A DNA stretch of 64,000 nucleotides from the human T2T-CHM13v2.0 reference genome, Homo sapiens, in NCBI RefSeq assembly GCF_009914755.1, contig NC_060925.1, one strand, 5' to 3'. The translations under genes and the position numbers were made by a program. Positions 56,089 through 64,000 of the stretch are shown here, in pieces (the stretch's first letter is position 1; each line of letters starts with the position of its first letter). The notes beneath the pieces are model-generated. The model saw only the letters and a list, made by a program, of their open reading frames with translations, had not been told where the DNA came from and searched no databases.

Positions 56089-57082
56089 ATAGAAGAAGAC
56101 TGGGTTTTTGGAGAAATAGTATAAAATATTGCTACCCGTAGGTAGAGTCATTAATTATTTCCATGTGCAAAATATCTACTGAGAAATGATTAAAATACTA
56201 AGGAAAATCAAGCTGGTGTTTCTGGGATTTTGTGTATGTGGTGTGTTTGTGTGTGTGTGTGTGTATGCACGCGTGTGCACACACAGACGTGTGCAAAGAA
56301 AACTAGAGATATTTGCTTAACTTGATTGCATTATAAATGCCTTCCTAGAAATCAAAATCTGACATTGAATTTAACTAACATTCTTCCATTCTTTTAAAAA
56401 ATATTTTCATGAGGAAGGTGTAAACTATTTCTTTCTTTGGTAATAGAAATTTATTCCAGAGTTTCCTGTTATAAAATAACCAAAATGGAAAGTAGCAATA
56501 AACATGTTTTCTTTTTTTTTTCTTTTTTTCTAAAGAGGAAGAAACAAATGTCAGGCTTCAGTTTTAATTAAGCAATTAACTAAAATGTTATATTAAAAAG
56601 ACAAGAAAAAGTTCAATTGTGTAATTTAATTTTAATTGAACAAAATAAGTTAGTGAAGACTAGTTGCTGTTTCATGAGTCTTTTCATAGAGAGTGAATGG
56701 ATTTTGACAGCAGAGATGGGGAAACATTGAGTCTAATTCTATTTAATTAGCAGTGTCCAACCTTTCTCAACAGAAAAGCAATATTATTATTAAATAATAC
56801 CAAAAGTACAGTGGATTTTGGCCCCAAATAATTAAGGTGTGACCTCTACAAATAAGTATTTTCCAACAGTGGATTCTGCATGCTTCCAGAAGAGTATGTT
56901 CAAAATTTTCAAAAAGTAATTACACTGCTTCTAGTTACTGCAGGATGAGAATAGCAGCATGGATCTCACCGACACATGCACAGATGAGATACACATTCTT
57001 TAAAAAAAATTAAAGATTTCAACATTGAGCCATATTTTGCCCATAATCAGCTATCTGTTTATTGTTTATATTCTTAGATAAA

Positions 57083-58254
57083 GCTTTTATCGAAATATAA
57101 CTTACAGATTATAAGTATGTAGATTACTAAATATGCATGAAGTTAACATATGTTAAGTTATTAGTGCCAAGACCAAGAAAAAGAACCTTGCCCAGCCCAG
57201 GCACTATTGCTCCTTTCAAAAGAGCAATCAAGATGCTGATTTACATTTACTTGTAGATTATGCTTACTTGTATTTGAGGTTTATTTAAATAGAATTATAC
57301 AGTATGTATTCTTTTGGATCTGCCATTTTTTTGCCCAAAATTTTGTTTATGAGATACTTCTACTATGTCATATGCATTCTAAATGATTCTTTACTACATT
57401 TTATTGTATTTGTGTACCACAATAAGTGTGTTTATTTTCATACTGATGAACATTTGCTTACTTCCTGGTTTGAAAGCTATTAGGATTGGTGCTGCTATGA
57501 ACATACTTGTGCAAATCATTTGTGAACAAAGAATGGGTTTCTGTTGGATACATAGTTGGGAGTAGAACCACTGGCTATGCTTACATCCAGCTTTCTTTGA
57601 AACTTCCAGAGTTTTCAAATGCAACTATAACAACTTATATTTCTACTAGCAATGAGCATAAGTTCAGTTTTTCCACATTCTAGTGAACACTAAGAAGGAA
57701 TCTCTCATTCTAACCATTCTGCTGGGTGTGTAAAAGTATTGCACTGCAGTTTTAATTTACATATTCCTGATGACTACTGAAGTTGAGCAGTTTTTCATGT
57801 TTACTGGCCTTGTGGATATTCTCTTTTGAGAAGCACCTGTTATAAGTATTTTTATCATTTTTATGAGATTATCTTCCTTTTTTATTAATTTGCAGAGGTG
57901 CTTCATATATTTTGGATATTTGTCCTTTGTCAGATATATGAGTGTATTCCAACTATTTTCTCTTACCCCTTGGCTTGACTTTCAACTGTCTTGATGGCAT
58001 TTTCTGATGAATTAAAATTCTTAATTTTAATGTAATACAGTTTATAAAATTTTATTTTATTTTAGAGTCAGTAGTTTTGTGTATCTTGAAAAAAAATTTG
58101 TATGCCCAAAGTCACTCAGATGCATTCCTTCATTTCTTTCTGGAAGTTTTATTGCTTGAAGTATTGCATTGAAGTCAATCAATATACCTGGAATTGAGTT
58201 TTTTAATATGGTGTGAGAGAGGAGAGGTAAACATTTATTTTTCATCCACATGGA
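57083..58254 (-). mobile_element. L1ME-type 3' end/ORF2 fragment
   Basis: tgctgctatgaacatacttgtgcaa; cctgatgactactgaagttgagcagtttttcatgtttactggc; ttctggaagttttattg. Confidence 0.8.
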
Positions 58255-58579
58255 AAGCACACAGTGACCTTAGAAAATTCTAGAAAATTATCTGATGCCA
58301 AAGGATAGAGCCTCATCTTGAGGGAAAATTGCTAAGAACCAAATCCAAATACAGTAGAGAAGGAAACTTGGGAGTAAGGTAGAAAAAATTTTAGATAACT
58401 GAGGGGAGCTAATAGTGGTCCAGAGGAGATCAATTCTAGAAAGTATCTTAACAGAAGAATACGCAGTATAAAGAAGAAAGCACTATCTGGTGGTGCAAGT
58501 TCTAGGAAGCACAGCATTGAAACCAGAAAGCCTTTTTGACCCAGACATAGCTCTCAGAGATGGGACTACAGAGAGGCTA

Positions 58580-58721
58580 TTTATTTTCTACTGTAGTTGG
58601 AACATTTAACATGAGACCTCTTAACAAATTTTTGAGTGTACAAAACAACATTGCTAACTTTAGGTATGACGTTGTATAACAGATGTCTAAAAATTATTTA
58701 TTTTATATAACTGAAACTCTA
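58580..58721 (-). mobile_element. L1MA8/9-like 3' fragment
   Basis: aacatttaacatgagacctcttaacaaatttttgagtgtacaa...ataactgaaactcta. Confidence 0.65.
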
Positions 58722-58782
58722 AACTTATATATCCAACTGCCTACTTACATCTTTGCCTGGATATCGAATAGACATCTCAAAT

Positions 58783-59326
58783 TGGAGTGGTTCAGAGTAT
58801 TTCATTCTAAAATAGACCACATATTGATTATTTCAAGGTGAGGGCACTAGAGAAACAGCAGATGCAGGAAAAGCTCTCTGATCTTCCCCTTTCTACTTAC
58901 AGCAAGGTCATAAAATTTCCCATGAGAAAGGTGCTCTCTCTGTACCAGGAAGAGAAGAACATTCTTATCACTAGAGACTGGAAGTTGAAGCCAAAATAGA
59001 TATGAAGAATAAATCTACTAAAATAACTTATCATTTCATTTCCCCCATATATTTCTTAATCACTGTCCCACAATTTATTGCCCTCAGCTCAAACACCTTT
59101 GTCTTCTCACATTGTTAAAATTTATCATTTTCTACTTAAAAAGGCATATGAGCTTTTGACCCTAATGGCTTCTTTGGGTCTTCATTTTTCTTTTGAAGAT
59201 TCCCCTCTGCAAGTAAAAATATTAAATAACCTCGCATATTTTTGTCTTGTTACTCTGTCTTATGTCACTTTAATTCTTAAGTCCAGTCACAAAAACTAAG
59301 AGGTAGAAAAAGTTTTTCCTCTCTCA
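58783..59326 (+). mobile_element. MER34-group ERV1 solo LTR
   Basis: tg...cagcagatgcaggaaaagctctctga...cttctttgggtcttcatttt...tctgtcttatgtcactttaatt...ca; splits a contiguous L2 motif. Confidence 0.75.
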
Positions 59327-59554
59327 GAGTTCATCATATTCAAAACTGAACACCTGCTCTACTGAATCCCACCCTACCTTTAGTCTTCCCTGTCTCCATT
59401 AACTGGAAATGACGTCTTCTATTTATTCAGGCCAAAAGCACTGAAGTCTTCCATCACTTCCTCTTTTCACTCATACGTGACAACCAATTTGTGGAGAAAT
59501 TTAATGGCACTACCCTCATAACAAATCTAGAGTATGCCAACATTTTATCAAGTA

Positions 59555-59745
59555 CACTGCTACCCAGCTGAGGTTGTTACATCACACACACTGCTACCCA
59601 GCTGAGGTCGTTACACCACATGCACCCTACCCAGCTGGGGTCATTACACCACCACATGCATTGCTGTTCCAGCTGAGGTCATAACGCCACATATACTGCT
59701 TCCCAGCTGAGGTTGTTACAGCACATGCACTGCTATTCCAACTGA
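59555..59745. repeat. 34-bp-unit minisatellite, about 5.5 copies
   Basis: Consensus cactgctacccagctgaggtygttacaccacatg; units start at 59555, 59589, 59623, 59659, 59694 and 59728. Confidence 0.95.
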
Positions 59746-61299
59746 ACCACCATCATCTCCAGCCTGGATTACTGCAATGACCCCTACGTGGTCTCACTGC
59801 CTTTACCTTCACTACCCTCAACCTAATCTCAACTCAGCAGCCAAAAGAATCCTCCCCTTAAAACATGACTCAGATCATGTCACTCCTTTTGTTAAGACCC
59901 GCACATGGGTTTTCATTTCACTTAGAGCAAAAAACCAAAGCCATGGCCTGTCTGATTTCATCTCCTACTCCTCTCCTTGTCACTCCAGTTCTAGAAAAAT
60001 GTGGTTGTAAAATGAAGAAGAAGGTAGTGTTAAAGTGCAATATTATAATTACACAGTACCTGATATTCATATTTTCAAACTCATGTAATCTTGTTTTCTT
60101 TATTTAACCAATAGGCACACATTTATATAATTGCTTGCCTTTTCTTTCTCCCATTATGCTAATTGCATCATAATACATTGAGTAATTTGGGGGTCAATTT
60201 CAGCCACTTAAGAGTTAGAAAGAAACTCAAAGTTGAAGACTGTAAAGTATATACAGTCTAAATAATTTAAATTTCTGATCATAGCCTATTTTTGATATCA
60301 CAAGGATGACGTCTTGATCTGATAGGAAGGATAAGATAACAAGAGGGCCTAGACTAGTTTGTTTTACCTTTATCCCGCTTTCTAATGTCCTAAAATTGAA
60401 AAGATAATCCTAATATTTTCTCTTCTTCCCTCTAGCAAATTAGGATAGGCGTTCAGGGCTTTGGAAATTCTGCTAATGATATACTCAACTCTTCCTCTAA
60501 GTCAAGTTTAACATATAACAAGAAATCTCTCTCTTGGCATTTTGAATGTTGTGTGCCCATGAACTCTACCAAAATTCTACCTCCCAAATATTTTTTATTA
60601 ATTTATGTTTATCCATAACTCTAAGCATAATGCTTAACATACACAATCACCAACAGGAACTAGATGTATCCCAAAATTACATGTAACAAAGGGAAAAAAT
60701 GAGAGAAGACAATCATTGATGGCCTACAAAGACAGGAGAAGCGACAAAGAGGAATGGTGGTCAATTCAGTTATGTTTTCCCGAGAAGTTGTGCAAGCATC
60801 ACTCTTATATTCTACTTAATAGTCATAATTTCAATCTAAAAATAGTACCAAGAGCAAACTGCATTACCATTACTGATGTTTCTTTTCTGCCACTTTCTTG
60901 ACCTGACTTCCCTAGTTTACATCTAGCTACATCTTATCAATTTTCCTCTTGCTCTACACTGTTTAATGCCAAAGACCTGGAGTAGCCAGGTAAAATTAAA
61001 GCAAACATGGAAAATTTATATCCTCTGTCTTCAGATATGTAAAATTTCTACCCTCTGTCTTAACAGAAATAAAAAGGCTTTATTCCTTTTGCTCAGCTGA
61101 GGATGAAATAAAATATCTCAAAAAGTAAACTCCAAGGTTCTTGGTTTTCAAAAATGGAAAGAAGAATTGGAAGTTAATTTCCTTAAAACTCTCTATACTC
61201 TTTGTACCTCAGAAAGTCTGAATATACCCCAAGGTTACAAAAGTCCCAGTTTGAAAACCAATTAGAGAGAAATTGCAAATATCATTTTAACATGTAATT

Positions 61300-63052
61300 A
61301 CTTTTTTCAGTGAAAGTTTTGAATTATCGACTTTGTGTATTGCTTATTTAACATATCAAATGTATGTTCTGTACTTTAAAAGCTATTTTCTAACAATGTT
61401 AAAAACTCTAGCATTCACTATTTAGTTTATTAACATTCACAGTTACAATAATTATCATTTATCTTATAGTACTAAATGTGTTAAAGAATTATTCTAAGTC
61501 GTAAATTTTTGTCTCTTTTAAATAAGCAGTCTTTAAAACTATAATCTCCCATTTTGGTACATCTGTAATTATTAAATAGTTGTGTCTTCTCCTTCTGTTC
61601 TTTCTTTGCCTTTATCTTTTTTCTTATTCCTCCTTCTCCACTTTGATAAAATTTTTGCTTTCAAGTTACAATGTTAGAAGGGTTGTTACATATTTTACTT
61701 TATATACAGTAAATAATCCTTTGAAAAGAGTAGCTGACTCTGCTTTAAAAATACATAATTTTATACTTATTAGACATATTCCTTAAAATTTATGAAATCA
61801 ATTATTAAATGCTCTCTAAAGTTAAGTTTGGAATTAAACTATTATTTACGTTTCTAACTGTGTTGGGATTATGTTATTCAGTGCACAAGGGTAAAAAACA
61901 ACTGATTTTACTAATGATGTATCTTGTTACCAGAATTATTTTCATCCTCAATTTTAACTATTTCCTTTCTATTCCACTGAATTTTGTATTAAAATTGCCA
62001 TCATTAATTTGCTAAGTTTTTAAAATCTGAAATATCTTTACTTATACCCATTATTCCTTTATTGAATATTGTCCCAAATTGATTTGGGGGAATAGATCTC
62101 ATATTGTTGTTTTAAAAAATATTTAGTAACTATTTTTTAAGAAAATATAAGGAAAATTAAAGTCTTCTGTAATATACTTTATGTAGTCACTTTTAATAGT
62201 TTAGTGCCTTTTCTTTGTATTTTCAAATTTTATCTATTTTTTTGCAATAATATGCCCTGTATAAATGTCTTTCAATTGGTATAGACATTTTAAGATCTAT
62301 ATAGTAATTGTCATATTGTTCTCCAGTTTTAAATGTTATTTATGTGCTTGTTTCCTATGTCATTATTGTTTTCTTTACCTTAAGTCTTTTCTGTATCGGT
62401 TAAAGGTAGCTTGTTTTGATATTTTATAGTTATTTGTAATGCAGATAAAATTGAAAACTAAAAAAAATTTTTTACACTTTTTGTTTCTCTTTCTCTTTCC
62501 ATCCAGGTCAATTTCTTATATTTTGTAAATGTAATCGGGGATCAGAGGGTAAGATTTTAAATCATAAACAGTATTTCAAAAGAATTTTTATTGGTTTAAA
62601 TTTTTTTACTATATTTACAATATTTTATACTTCTCTCTGTTTAACTGAATCTCAGTGTTAACCCATATTTCTTTTACTTTTTTAGAGAAAAAAGTTACCA
62701 AGTCTTGAGTTGTTTATTTTGATTCTTTTTCCCATTAGCTGAATTATATCTTTAAAAAAGTATTCTCAGCCCAGAGGATGAAAACAACGTGTTTCATGGA
62801 TCTTGTTATCTGAGATTATTTTCCCATCACATTACTGTAAGAACAACCTTTTAATTATATATTTGAATCTGTCTGTAGAATTTCTATAGGAAATTATCCA
62901 TTTAATTTCAGTGTTCAGAATTTCCCAAGGCTGGGCATGGTGGCTCACACCTGTAATTCCATCACTTTGGGAGGCAAAGGCAGGAGGATCTCTGGAAGCC
63001 AAGAGTTCAAGACCAGTCTGGGCAACAAAGGAAGACGCTGGCTCTAAAAAAA

Positions 63053-63106
<54 letters not shown>

Positions 63107-64000
63107 TATATTATATTAGCCAGGCATGGTGGTGCATGCCTGCAGTCCCAGCTACTCCGAAGGCTGAGGAGGGAGGATTGCTTGAGCCCAGGAGTTTGAG
63201 GTTGCATTGAGCTATAATCATGCCACTGCACTGGAGCCCGGGCACCAGAGTAAGTTCCTATCTCTAAAAAAACAAAACAAAAACAGAAAGAATTTCCCAA
63301 TAAAACTCTAAAATCAAAATTTTTGCCTGAGTATGTATAATGTTTTTCTTTTACCTTTGGTTAGATACGTATAGAGTTATTTTCTTTGTCTTTTAAGGTC
63401 TAAACTGCTATCAGATTATATCTAAATAATCACTGGATTTATTAATTTTGCCAATTGACACTAATTAATTTGAAAATTCAAAAGTTCTTATCTCTTGAAA
63501 GTTTTCTTCAATCATGTCCCTCAGTATTTCTTTTCATTTTATTCTGATTTCTTCTTCAGGAACATTAGTTTTTACAAATTGCAGTCATTTAGTCCCTTCT
63601 TGCTCATCTCAATCTGTTATCTTTTCTTCTATTATTTTCATATTTTCTGTTCTCTTTTCAATGTATCAAGAATTTCTGAAAATCATTTAATTTCAGAAGG
63701 ATCATTTCCACAGTCTGCAAATATAGAATCAAGTTTTTAATGGGTTTCTAGATCTCTTTATTGGATTTCTTTTTATTGCTGTTGCTTATGTTAGACAAAT
63801 TCGGTATAATTTTAAACTGTTTGCTCTTCCTTCATGCTTATAAAAATCACTTTTTTCATTAAATTTGAAGAAACTGATAGAAGAAACTATTTTCCTAAAT
63901 TTCTTATATTGCCTGTAATGCAGAGAAACATAGAAATTTCTTTACATCTTCTGGATAATGCTTGATTCTTATATCCTACAGGAATATTTAGAAAAGTGTC
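61300..64000 (-). mobile_element. Highly decayed L1/HAL1-like sequence
   Basis: Very T-rich, with scattered antisense L1 5'/ORF1-like motifs; alignment is weak. Confidence 0.35.
62929..63288 (+). mobile_element. AluJ with expanded middle linker A25(TA)15(TTATA)3
   Basis: Perfect 12-bp TSD agaatttcccaa (62917-28 / 63289-300). J-type gggaggattgcttgagcccagg. Confidence 0.95.

Larger units (their letters stand above)
58725..59990 (+). mobile_element. L2a fragment interrupted by an LTR and a minisatellite
   Basis: atatccaactgcctactt...catctcaa | LTR | caaaactgaa...caccatcatctccagcctggattactgcaat...tcagatcatgtcactcct. Confidence 0.8.

Noticed and set aside
59555-59745. CRISPR-like array
   Set aside because: Units are contiguous diverged tandem copies with no unique spacers, there are no cas genes, and the DNA is primate.

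Overview
AT-rich, CpG-poor primate genomic DNA. AluY copies point to a catarrhine, most likely human. It is intronic or intergenic, and I could not support any protein-coding gene, RNA gene or CRISPR array. The ORF track consists of Alu, STR and L1 read-throughs, dead transposase fragments and chance ORFs. Roughly half the window is recognisable interspersed repeat. This includes a near-full-length Tigger2 DNA transposon with two Alu insertions, several solo LTRs (MER52/LTR28-type, THE1C, MLT1D, MER39-group, MER34-group, LTR16C), many L1/L2/MIR fragments, about 12 Alu-family elements, and small DNA transposons (Charlie4a, MADE2, MER102-like, a second Tigger derivative). Subfamily names come from recalled consensus sequences and need RepeatMasker/Dfam confirmation; boundaries of old elements are approximate. 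I found no evidence of a new multi-gene system. The most interesting directly visible signals are: (i) a fossil templated-insertion/duplication scar at 28890-29035; (ii) a pentanucleotide microsatellite apparently born by fold-back copying at 46122-46217; (iii) a 34-bp minisatellite inside an L2 that arrays five CAGCTG E-boxes (59555-59745); (iv) a CpG-dense micro-island with promoter-type motifs at about 16500-16650; and (v) a tail-less AluY sitting in a deletion of its MIR target.
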